Positions 1 through 12,144 of a stretch of 64,000 nucleotides of DNA are shown one piece after another. Under the pieces are notes generated by a model. The model was not told the origin of the DNA, ran no database searches, and saw only the letters and a list, made by a program, of their open reading frames with translations. The stretch is from the human T2T-CHM13v2.0 reference genome, Homo sapiens, in NCBI RefSeq assembly GCF_009914755.1, contig NC_060926.1; one strand, given 5' to 3'. Numbering within the stretch: the first letter of the stretch is position 1; each line of letters begins with the position of its first letter. The position numbers and the translations under genes are program-made.

Positions 1-1000
1 ATACTAAGCCTCATTGATCTCCCAGCTAGATTCACATGCCTTGGGATATTGCCTGGTTCTAGGAGGGACAGTAGGTCATATCATGATAGCAGTGGATGAG
101 CATGGTGCTGTGAGGCTGGCTGAAGTGGCCCTCGATAAAGGTCAGAAACAATAGGCAGAAGGGTACACCATTTATACCTACTGGTAAAGTCCATTGGTAG
201 CCCATGGCTGGACAGAAAAGCAATAGCCCCTTTCAGAGGATGGAAGTTAAAGTACTAGTTATAAAACTAAAGAAAATATTTAGGCCACTGGAAGTAATGG
301 TTCATTATGATTATTAAAACAACAATGACAACCTGCAGGCTAAGGATGTCTTTAAGATATTGTAGAATGCCTGAGTAGATAAAATATGAGGCAAAATAAA
401 TGGCAGGGAATAAATGGATCTGATAAGTGGATGACTTACTATCCAAGATGTAGCATAATTTCCACAAGGCTATATTCTAAAATATGCAGTTAATGCCATA
501 AGCACAAAAGTATAAAATGCACTGGGATCTCAATATGCCAAATGCACTTTAGAGTCCAGTGGGCTTGATCTTGCTGAGGATGGCCATGCCTCAACAGATT
601 TTAGTCTCCTAGACCTTAGGTCATTTGTATTATCTGATAGCATAAAGGTATGTGGCATCATGGAATGAGCTAAGTACCACATTGGAGAAATCTCCCCGGA
701 TACCCAATGATCCCCAGGACATTTCATTCTGTTCATATCCCAGTACCAGCAGAAGACAGAGCAATCTCAGATGCAGCCTCTGCCAATCTCGAGATTCCTT
801 CTGCCAGATCTTTATGTCATCTCAGAAGAATAGTATTTTTTTTTGTATCCTTGTCCTAGATCCACTTCACACTGTGTTAAGCAAAGTGGCTGAGAAAATG
901 CAGAGTTATTTCAGGCTGAGACCTATATCGGATAATCATAAGGGCTGTGTACACCATAGGATGGAATTCACTTGCTTTATTTTTCAACATTTAACACAGT
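1..1000 (-). mobile_element. Highly degraded ERVL-class internal (pol-like) fragment
   Basis: Minus-strand remnants weakly resemble RNase H/integrase motifs (e.g. GYQWTL near 170-210); no intact ORF; boundaries uncertain. Confidence 0.3.
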
Positions 1001-1503
1001 GAAAGATTTAAACATAAATTATTTGATTGGCTCACTCACTTACTTGCAAGGAAGCTCCTGAATCACTGTATGATCCCCATGCTCCCCCAACCAATTCCTG
1101 AAACTTGGAACCGAAGCATTATTTTGGAAACACCAATGCAACAGAAATACATGCTATTACCCTGGGGCCAGTACACCTTATTCTGACCCATGCTTCCCTC
1201 TCTCTAGGATTGCTCTCCACGGGGAAATGTATCTTGTTCTTTGGCCATTCTCATGCAGAGACACTGTTCCTTCCCCATGTACCTGTTAGGATTCAGAACA
1301 AGAAGTCACTTAACTCTTTTTACGTCGAATAGTTAAGAGTACACAATTATTCAGGAAATTGTAACTTTGATGTATTTAAATATAAGAAGCATCTGCTTGG
1401 AATCTGACCCACGTTTGTAGTTCATGGGTCAATCAGAAAATTAGGCAGGGTTTTAAATGATGTTTTCACTGCTCTGCAAGGTGCAGGCTAAAACCTTTCC
1501 TCT

Positions 1504-1760
1504 TCACTCATAGGTGGGAATTGAACAATGAGAACACATGGACACAGGAAGGGGAACATCACATTCTGGGGACTGTTGTGGGGTGGGGGGCGGGGGGAGG
1601 GATAGCATTAGGAGATATACCTAATGCTAAATGACGAGTTAATGGGTGCAGCACACCAGCATGGCACATGTATATATATGTAACTAACCTGCACATTGTG
1701 CACATGTACCCTAAAACTTAAAGTATAATAATAAAAAAATAAAATAAAATAAAATAAAAA
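1504..1760 (+). mobile_element. L1PA3-like LINE-1 3' end, 5'-truncated
   Basis: Canonical L1 3'UTR (CACTCATAGGTGGGAATTGAACAATGAG...G-tract...ATTAGGAGATATACCTAATGCTAAATGACGAGTTAATGGG...CTTAAAGTATAATAA) followed by an (A4T)n tail. Confidence 0.92.
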
Positions 1761-2129
1761 GAAAGAACTCACCCAGTGCAGCTCCCTTCTTCCAAGTGTT
1801 GACTCTTCTCCAGAATTTGCTTGCTTTTGTCACTCGCCAGTGCCTTCAGGTGGCTGTTTTGTAGTTTTTCCAGCATTTATAGTTATTTTCTTTGGGAAGG
1901 GCAGTCTGATTGAAGCTTATTCACACATTTTGAAGGCATCCCTGAGGAAACAGGAAGAAAAATTTGCACTGTTAACCCTTTGCCTTGCGATCAAAAAGTT
2001 TGTAATTATTATATACATATCCTTTCTTGGCTTTGATTCTTTTGTGATATGTGTGTCAGAAAAAAAAAAGAAGAAATAAAAGAAAGGCAAGAAGATGAAT
2101 GGAAGAAAGAGATAAAATAAGGCTTTTGA

Positions 2130-2825
2130 TTAATGTATAATGACATATCCACAATTACAGTATCAGGCAGAATAGTTTCCTGTTCCTAAAAGTTTCCCAT
2201 TCTCTGCCTATTCATCACTTCCTCCCTCCTTTCAAATTCATGACAATCATTCATCCTTCTACTGTCTCCATAGTTTTGTCTTTTCCAGAATGTCACATAT
2301 TTGGAATTATGAAGTATGTAGCCTTTTCAGACTGACTTCTTTTACTTAGTAATATGCACTTAGGATTTATCAATGCATTTTAATAGCTTCACAGCTCATT
2401 TTCTTTTAGCACTAAATAATATTTCGTTGTATGGATATACCACACTTTATTCATCCATTCATCTCCTGAAGGGCATCTTGGTTGCTTCCAAGTTTTGGCA
2501 ATTATAAATACAGTGCTGTAAACATCTCTGTGCAGGTTTTTATGTGGACATACGTTTTTAATTTATTTGGATAAACACCAAGAAGTGCAATTGCTGGATC
2601 ATACGGTAAGAGTATATTTAGTTTTGTAAGAACTGTCAAACCAAATGGTACAGTGGCTGTACCATTTTGTGTTCCCACCAGCAATGAATGAGAGTTTCAG
2701 TTGCTCCACATTCGTGTCAGAATTTAGTGTTATCATTATTTTCAATTTTAGCATTCTACCAGATATGTAGTTGTATCTCATTGTTGTTTTAATTCTCAAT
2801 TCCCTAATGACATATACTATTGAGA
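2130..2825 (-). mobile_element. Old L1 (L1MC/L1MB-type) 3' fragment
   Basis: Minus-strand ORF 2502-2684 resembles the L1 ORF2 C-terminus (LPYDPAIALLGVYP...KTCT); typical L1M 3'UTR sequence. Confidence 0.85.
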
Positions 2826-2874
2826 ATACCCACAATTTTACAACATGGTATACTACCACTGCTGCCATTACTTG

Positions 2875-3085
2875 CAAACACCTAGTTAAAACTTTCTATG
2901 TACTAGGCACTATGCAGAGTACTTTTCATATATTTTCTCATAACCCTACGAGTCAGATACACCATTATTATGCATTTTCAGGAAAAAAATCCTGAAGTTG
3001 AGAAGAGTTAAGTACACTGCTAGTAAATGTTGAATCTATGACGCTGGGGTCTTTCTGACTCCAAATCTCATCTTTTAACCACTAC
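2875..3085 (-). mobile_element. MIR SINE
   Basis: Reverse MIR core (TATGTACTAGGCACTATGC...TCTGACTCCAAA...TTAACCACTA). Confidence 0.65.
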
Positions 3086-3552
3086 ATACATTTTTCCTCA
3101 AAGTGTGATCCCGAATCCCATACTTCAAACCAAGCAGGATGGTGATAAAAATTCAGAATTCTGAATTGTAAAATATTGCATTAGAATCTTCATGCTGGGT
3201 GTGGATCTGGAGTGGGAGAAACTGAAACACACTCAAGATTAAGAGCCATTATACTACCATTCTAGGATTACTCGAAGTCCAAGTAGCAGTTTTGATACTT
3301 TGTTTCTATCTTGTATCATGTATTTCTCTTTGAAGTATATTTACAAAATCCCTGTTATTTATATAAAATAAATTATACTAAAAACATTGAGATTATATCT
3401 TAAATGTAGGTGAATATATAGTTTTCTATGTTCCCTAATTAAGGATGCTATAAAATCTTTTCCTCATACACTCTACCTTAGAGATAAATTTGACAACAGG
3501 GGAAAAAAAAAAAACAACCTCGAGTCTTTCAAATATCTACTATGTATCATTC

Positions 3553-3923
3553 TGGTATAGTCTGATTGTATCCTCCCAAAATTCATATTGATTCAGTTGA
3601 TTCAATTGAAATCATAATCACCAAGTTGATGATATTAGGAGGTGGGGTCTTTGAGAGGTGATTAGGTCATAAAGGCAAAGCCCTGAGTGGAATTACTGTT
3701 CTTATAAAAACACTTTAGACAGGTAGCTTGCTCCTTCCCACATATGAGGACACAGCAGGTGCCACCTATAAACTAGAAAGTGGACCCTCGCCAGACTCCA
3801 AATGTGCCAGAGACTTGATCTTAGACTTCACAGCCTGTAGAACTGTGAGAAATCATTTTCTGTTTTTTATAAGCCACCCAGTTTATGACATTTTTGTTAT
3901 AACAGTGCATAGGGACTAAGATA
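3553..3923 (+). mobile_element. MaLR LTR (MLT1A0-like) solo LTR
   Basis: TTAGGAGGTGGGGTCTTTGAGAGGTGATTAGGTCAT...AGAACTGTGAGAAAT...ATAAGCCACCCAGT...GACTAAGA hallmark sequence. Confidence 0.85.
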
Positions 3924-4053
3924 TACTTTGTGCTAGGTAAATTGAACAAAGATCATACCAAATACTTCTAGCATTATGACAGATTTATCTAACTATAAAA
4001 GTCTATTTAATGTCGTTTTATTGGATGGAAAAACTGAATATATTTGCATATTT

Positions 4054-4160
4054 TACTATACTATATATACTATATATATGCATATATAGTGTGTGTATAT
4101 ATATAGTATTGTATATATGCTATACCATAGTATACCATAATATACTACATATATAGTATA
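4054..4160. repeat. (TA)-rich low-complexity repeat
   Basis: Degenerate TATA/TAC runs. Confidence 0.8.
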
Positions 4161-4289
4161 TTTCACGATAATTTCAGGCTAAGGAAAAAGTCATTATTGC
4201 AGGCACTCTATGAAAACTTATTAATTAAAATAAACAGACATGTTTTTGTTGTGGCTTTTGATCCAAGACAAGACATTATTAAGGATATT

Positions 4290-4500
4290 AACAATAGAAT
4301 TGCCTGTGTTCAAATCTCTGCTATGCTTCTAAGTCATTGTGGAACTTTGGGCAAGCTTTAGTAACACCTTTTAGGTCTTGGTGTACAAGATTCTAAATGG
4401 AGATAAGGAAAGCCTCTACACTCTAGAATTATTGAATTAAAGGAGTTAGACAGTGCCTGATTCACATTATACTTTCAATAAATGTGAGCTATTATTATTT
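4290..4500 (+). mobile_element. MIR SINE
   Basis: TGCCTGTGTTCAAATCTCTGCT...TTGGGCAAG...CAGTGCCTG...TCAATAAATG. Confidence 0.6.
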
Positions 4501-6666
4501 TCATTATTATTATTCTCAAAAACAAAAGGAAATTGAGTAACAGAGTGGTAGAGTGGAAAGCGTGGCAGAATGGTAGTGTGAGACCCAAAAATATAAGAAT
4601 ATAAATGATATGTGACAAATCCATAGTGTAGAAATTGAATACTCTGAGAATGAAAAACTGAAGAAATCACTTTTCATGGGAGTGGGCAGGGATGCATGGC
4701 TTCTTTGAGGAATCTAAATAAACTTGAAAATGTTTTTAGGTGAAAAGAATGTGTATTTGGAGTGGATGTCCTCAGGGATGTACAAATTTAGAGACTTTAG
4801 CTCTTTTTGGTAGATAGGGAAACCCCGTTTGGACCCTCAGACACAGCCCACTGTGTCAAGACTTGGCAATTTGAGGAGAGATGGTGTCAAGGTAGGTGCT
4901 GTATAAGAAAGGAATCTTAGACACATGAAGAGAAGCCATCCTTTCTTGAACCCCATTTGCAGCTACAAAATTGCAGACTGAGTACTACAGTCTTTTAAAC
5001 AAGCCTGTCACTGAGTTCACAAAGGCAAGAGGCATTGTCACCTGAAGCCACAAATCCTGCTAAGAGCATTAATTGTTCTCTATATAACATAGGCTGTTTA
5101 GTTCTGCAATCAATAAGAAAGAGTGGGCTCAGATCAGGACCTATTGCTTTTCTTCAGGTAAACTTGGAATTCAACAAATAGACCACAATCTACAATTTTC
5201 TCCATAAGGCAGAATGCAGGCTAAGTTGATACATATTTACAAGCATGGAAATGAGTTAATGACCTTGAGATGAGGATCTCAGTGACATAAACCCCCATTC
5301 TCTTTACAACTTCTTGAGTTTGTCTTGGTGTTTGCTAACTCTGAGGAGGTCTAAAAGAATAAACAGTGTCTGCATTCTGCTTTCAATGCCATAAACACAT
5401 TTTGGAGAGGCAGGAGCAATTTTATAGCTGTACATACACTGGAGAGAGAGCATGACCCTGGAGAGCTAGAGGTTTATCATCACTTTAAAAAATAATGGTT
5501 GAGAAGGAATTGCTCTAAGTGTAGTCTCTGTCTTTTATTTTATATTTTTTAATAGCTACCTCTTATTGAGTGTTTACTAAGAGACAAGAACTCTATTAGG
5601 CACTGTTTAAACTTTTATTTTAAAATGAAACACAGATACAGCAAACCACACAAAATTATTATAAGGCAAATACCATCTTAACCGCTACGCATGTCAAAGA
5701 ATGAAATCTTGCTAGCCATCCAGAAGTCTCTATACATTCTCTGTCCTCTCTGTCTCCAAAAATAACCACCCTCTTGACTTTCATATTAATCTTTTTTTGC
5801 ATTTTTATTGTTTACCATTTAAGTGAACATCCTAAGGCATTATAATGTCATCAATTTTCAAACTGATATGTCTTTTAGCTTCAATATCATCAATGTGTCA
5901 TCTCCCTTGTTCCCACAAACTCCTTTCCCTTAAAATTAATCTGTTGACAAATATGGGCCACTTGTGGATTTTACCCCAGGGTGGATTTGATGAGTATATT
6001 GATATACTCATGGTGCCAATTTACATGTTCTTCTCTTCTCTGCATTTCCAGCAAGTGGCAGCAGGAACCTTGATCAAACTCAGCTTTTATATTGTTTGCA
6101 ACACTATAGGTAGCACTGAATCTTTCATCAGGAGGCAAATTGATGCTCAACGGCAGTTGGTTATTTTCTTGGTGATTATAAAATGGTGATACTCTAATTC
6201 TATCCATTATTTTTACACATTAGCTCAAATAATTTCATATGTAAGGTAATTCTTCCTTTCACCTACAATTTGGTTACCCAGGGGCATAACTCCAAAAAGG
6301 ACAGAACTGAAGTTTTTATGATAGGTTTTGTGATAATAAATTGGTTCCCTATCATCCTCATCAATTAGGATTTAAATTTATCTGATGGATCCCAATGCAC
6401 TGTAATTTTTATCCTTATTGAAGTGCTATTTTTTCCTTCTTCATCCAGGTGGAGGCTTTTCAAGGTTAACTTTTGATTCCTCTTGAACTAGTAGTCTTTG
6501 ATACTTCCCATGTTAGTTCATAACAAAATGTTTCAGATTTATCTGGTGTGCTCCTTTTCTTATATCTGTATTCAGCACTTTTCTAAGAAATTCTGTTTTG
6601 TTTGTCTGTTTGTTTGTTTGTTTGTTTTAACACCACAACCTGGTTGCAAGTGATAGTCATTGCTAC

Positions 6667-6800
6667 TAGGGTTGCCAAAGTTAGCACATAAAAATACAAG
6701 CCACGTAGTCACCTACTTGGGACATACTTATACTAAAAAATTATTCGTTGTGTATCTGAAACTCAAATTTAATTGAGCACCCTGCATTTTATTTGACAAT
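6667..6800. mobile_element. MER53-like hAT MITE
   Basis: TAGGGTTGCCA terminus and GACATACTTATACTAAAAAATTATTCGTTG...TATCTGAAACTCAAATTTAA core. Confidence 0.7.
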
Positions 6801-6829
6801 TAATTTATACTAGGTCAGTCATTATTTTT

Positions 6830-7190
6830 AGACCGAGTTAATCTAGGTCCTCTGAGAAGCAGGTGCAAGTGGATGTGCAAGAGAGTTATTGGAGAAAATG
6901 CCTGTGAGGGAATAAAAGAGTGAATGGAAAAAGCAGGAATAACCCTTTGACTGTGATGTAGGCTTTACTGCTGTGAAGGTCAATGGGAAGAAAGGAGAAT
7001 AGATAGAAAGAGTCTCAAACTGTAGTTCAGGTCTAAGAAATATTTAGGAGGGTTCTCAAACCAAAGCTGTCCAACGGAGGATTCCCACAAGCCCTATGAA
7101 GGGGACTGCTTCAGTATCTCTGCCGCCTGCACTCAGTCATTCGCCTAGCACAAGCTGTGGGAAGCATAGCCTCACTGCTAATGCTGTTGT
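6830..7190 (-). mobile_element. ERVL LTR (LTR16-like)
   Basis: GGTCCTCTGAGAAGCAG...TGTGCAAGAGAGTTATTGGAGAAAATGCCTGTGAG matches the reverse LTR16 3' end as recalled. Confidence 0.6.
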
Positions 7191-7604
7191 GCATTAGGAA
7201 TGAGATAATAATGATATCTCCAAATGAAAATGTCCAATTCAATTTCAGGGCTATTTTCTAAAGGAACATCTTCTATTTGCCTCTTATCTATAGTGAAAAT
7301 TATAGTTCTTAAAGCCTTGGCGATTAGAGAGTTAGAACATCTCATAATTACTCATTTACTTTTCCAATATTATACACACAACAGAAAAAAAAGTAACTAT
7401 ACAAATATTACCACCACCCATTATAATTATTGAAAATATGTTTTCTTGCATATGCTATCTCATTCTCTCCATTTGGTTGTACTAAATCTACATTGGTAGA
7501 TAATATAGCTGTTATGTACTCTTTCCTACTTAACACTCAATTTGTCTTATTCTACTATCACTAAATGTGTAATCCACCATAATTCTTAGGCTTATGTCTC
7601 TCCA

Positions 7605-7880
7605 GTTCTGGAATGTTCGCAGTGGCTCTTAGTGACATGAGGTATTGGACAATTGAAACATGTCTGGTCTAAATTGGTATGTTCGTAAGCATAAAATACA
7701 TACTGGATATTGGAAATTTACTATACGATGTAAAGTCTCATAGACAATTTTCATATATATTAGATATCAAAATGATAAAACGTTTAGTGTGTTGGGATAA
7801 ATAAAATATACCATTGATTTAAATTCTTCTGTTTCTTTTTACTTTCTTCAGGTGGCTACTAAAAAATTTAAAATTACACA
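7605..7880. mobile_element. MER33-like hAT-Charlie DNA transposon relic
   Basis: TAAAATACATACTGGAT...GTGGCTACTAAAAAATTTAAAATTACA motifs. Confidence 0.65.
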
Positions 7881-8305
7881 CTTTTTTTTATTTAATGGCG
7901 ATGTTCCTGTTAATTTTGTTTTCTAAAACTGATTTCTAGAAGACTCCTCAAAAAACTCCCACGAGGACAATATTCCTTGGGTGATTGCATGTTGGTAACA
8001 GTCTTTCTATGACCGTTATAATTGAAATTCAGTTTTACTGAATATAAAACCTCCGGTCCATATTGTCTTTTCTTGAATGTCTTAAATATGTTACTTCATT
8101 TTTTTCTCTCTAAGATAAAGTGTTACTGTTGGAAAGTTTAATAATAATAATCTTAGTTCCTTTTTAACTCAAGTATTCTTTTGCCCTACATGCCCAAGTA
8201 ATTCTTTTTTTCCTCTTTCTTAATTTTACTTCGTGTTGATTGTACTACGTTAATATTATCAGTTACACTATGAGATTTTTCAGTAAGTTTAATTGATTTT
8301 TTTAA

Positions 8306-8621
<316 letters not shown>

Positions 8622-9054
8622 AGTATTGAATTTTTTTTTTTTTTTTTTTTAAATCCTTGCTTTATTCTCTCACTCAGAAACTCCTATAACATTCATGGAT
8701 CTTTTTGCCATCTATAATACATGTCACATTTTCTTGAAACCTCTTTCTTTATTTTTTAATTTCTTTTTAGTGTTAAATATTTTTCTCCTTCTCAACTTGA
8801 TTTCCTTTAAAGTGTTATTTTTGTACTTATATCCTCTTATTTTCCTTCTAGATTAGTCTTATTCCTACTATGCTGTTTCTTTTCTTTCTAATTTTTTCTT
8901 GAGTTTGATCTCTTTTTCTACTTCTGATTAATGTTTTTTTCATGTGTTGCATGATGATTTTCTTAATGTCCTTTAGCTTATTTTAAAATAATATGTTACA
9001 CTTTTGAAAACATTTTGAGCATGACATTTTTTGGCAGGCTTATTTTGTCAATAG

Positions 9055-9275
9055 CAGAAGTTGGTAAATTTCCTGTAAGGTTCAAGACAGTAAATATTTT
9101 ACACTGTGTAGGCCATATGGCCTGTCACAAATACTTAACATTGCCATTGTACCATGAAGATAGTCATAAGCAATATGTAAATGAATGAGAGTAGCTATGT
9201 ACCAATAAAACTTTATTTCTAAAAACAGAAAGTAGACTGGATTTGGCCTCTGGGCTACAATTTGCCAGTCTCTGG
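9055..9275. mobile_element. MER58A-like hAT-Charlie element
   Basis: GACAGTAAATATTTT...CCAATAAAACTTTATTT...GGATTTGGCC...TTTGCC pattern. Confidence 0.75.
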
Positions 9276-9714
9276 TCCATAGGAATTTCATTCTATGTTT
9301 CCTTGTAGCAACTTTGTTTTGGGGGCTAAACTTTACATACATGGCATTTGACCTTGATAGTTTTCTGTTGCTCATTTTTGTATAAATTTAGTTTTTTTGA
9401 ACTTTTAGATAGGTAAAATTTAAGACTGACTTTTCAACCTAAAGGAGATCCTTCTTCTCTTGTTATGTAACAGTAAAAAATAGATATATTGGCTTGTTTT
9501 CATAGATTTCTTATATCTGTTTACCTGGAAACAGGTTTGTCTGGATTTTCTCTTTCCTGCATTTTTATTATGTCTATTCAGTTCAATTTTGACTCCACTT
9601 CTAGTAGTTTATCCTCAGTATGGGGTCCTGTTTTGGAAAGATGCCTGGAAGTTTGGTTTCAAGAGTTCACAGGATCTAGACTGCACCAGCCACCTAAGAC
9701 CTTGACATAGACCT

Positions 9715-10210
9715 GCTAAGAACAACGAAACAGCTGAGATTTTATACTGCTTTCGAGCTAATGAGTTAACCCGCCAGGTTTATGGATGTCGGCAAAAGAC
9801 ATGAGACTGAGGGTCAGAGACAAAGACTTTGATTACTCATAGTATAATGAGTAGGATGAACATGAACGTATTTGTGTGAGTTCTTCTTCTCCTCAAGTAC
9901 CATGGGAGGGGTGGTTAAGCCAGATGGATGCCTACCCACACAGTAGATTGCAGTTTATAGAAGAGGAACCCTGAGCTTAAGGAACCCAAATCTTTTATAA
10001 TGGGGAGTAAGCATGCTTGTTTTTTGTTCCAGAGGAAGACATTATCTTTTTTATACTGAAGAGTAATAATGCTTGTCCTTTGCTCCAGAGGAAGATACTA
10101 GTCCTTCTTTCCAGGTTAATTGCTGCACAAATATTCTTTAAAAGATATTATGAAACAGGGTATTTTCTTCTGATAAGAAATGCAGAAATATGAGGGACCA
10201 ATTTCCTGTT
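9715..10210 (-). mobile_element. ERVL LTR (MER74-like)
   Basis: GGGTCAGAGACAAAGACTTTGATTACTCA...GAGGAACCCTGAGCTTAAGGAACCCAAATCTTTTATAATGGG...TTGCTCCAGAGG motifs. Confidence 0.65.
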
Positions 10211-11772
10211 GGGAAAGGGGCTCCCCACAGGGCCCATTTTACTTACTGTTGGAATGCACAAAACCTCTCCTAGTTCCACTCAGTGTTCTTATGTTGGTCC
10301 ACTGTAGTTTCTAGTGAATATGCATTGACTATTTGGGGGTTCCTTTCTTAAATATTTTGGAATTATCACAACTGTAATTTGCCCTACTGCTTTCTTCTGC
10401 ATTCGCTCACATAGACACAAGGGCACCCACACTGTGTGGCTTTTGGTGTTTACGGATTTGCATAGGTATCTAGTTATTTAGAAGTGGTGTAAATGTTGTA
10501 CATTTGGTTCTGATATCTAACTCTCTATCTAGCCTAAACCCATGCTGTCATCACAGCAGCCTATCTTCCCAAAATAACCCTTTCAAAAAAAGTATGCCAA
10601 GCCTGATTTTACCTTTTTTGAAGTCCTCATTTTGAGCATAAACTTTATTTTTCCCTAAAATACTTATATTTTTCCCTAAAATACTTATTTCTAAGATCTT
10701 CCTAAGTTGCATAAAAATACTTGTCTCTCCTACCCCTCCCCCATACTAAGTGGTACTAAGTTGTTATTATTTTAAGTGGAGGGGCCAGTGTTTTCTTTCT
10801 TTGCTTTCTATAACATTCTGTATCTTATTTTCTTGCTATATTTGTATACCCCATCTATCAGCAATTCCCCTTACCCTCTTTCCAAATATGTTGTCAAAAA
10901 CTAGCAAAGCAGATAAACAAGCTTATTTAATATGTGTGCAGAGGATGTAAAGCAAAAATAACTATCTTCTGAGATTGAGCATAATCTTAGAAATTTCTAT
11001 TGACTTTATGGTCCTTTTGGCAGTATATATAGTCTAGAGGAATTTAAGCTGTATTTACAACAACAAATATTTTATTCAATTTCAATATTTCCTCAGCATT
11101 TTGCCCATTATAGCTCTTCCTCCTCCAAATTTAGTATAGTGTTTATATATTAGGTAAGAAATAAATTAGGAGTGATAGTGCAAACATAATTCTCTCCAAA
11201 TTCTCCTGTGAGCTCTCCACACTGGAAGCTTGGTACTTCATAACACGTAGTACCTGCTCCTAAGCAGTAGAAAATTCCATGCTTATGTGGCTTTTACTTA
11301 ATGTTTTAGAACTAAGCAATATCTGATGGGTTCTTACTCATATCCAACATCAGTAGATCAGATGCTGATATGATGAATCTTGATAAGATGAATCTTGATA
11401 TTCAGAGGAATATCAAGACTATGTAATTCCTACATGTCAAGTAGAGAAAAGTAAAATATTCTGGGACAACAGAAAGAGAAAATATATTTTCCCTGGATGA
11501 TCCTATTCAGTAAAATAAAAAATACAAGATTATAGGAGATGCTAATAGAGCTTAATATTGAGAGGGTGAATAAAGATTTTTTTTTCAAAGAGCATTTCCT
11601 CTGAGGCTCCCCCTACTTAGGCAAGGAGACTGATGTAGACCCCTACCCACCACCCCCTGAGCACACACACACAGTTAACTCCAGTCCCCAACAGAATTCC
11701 TCTCCACTAAGCATTGATATTAGTAGAAAAGATAAGATGCCCCATATGACAATTAGGATGCTGAACAAGCTA

Positions 11773-12144
<372 letters not shown>

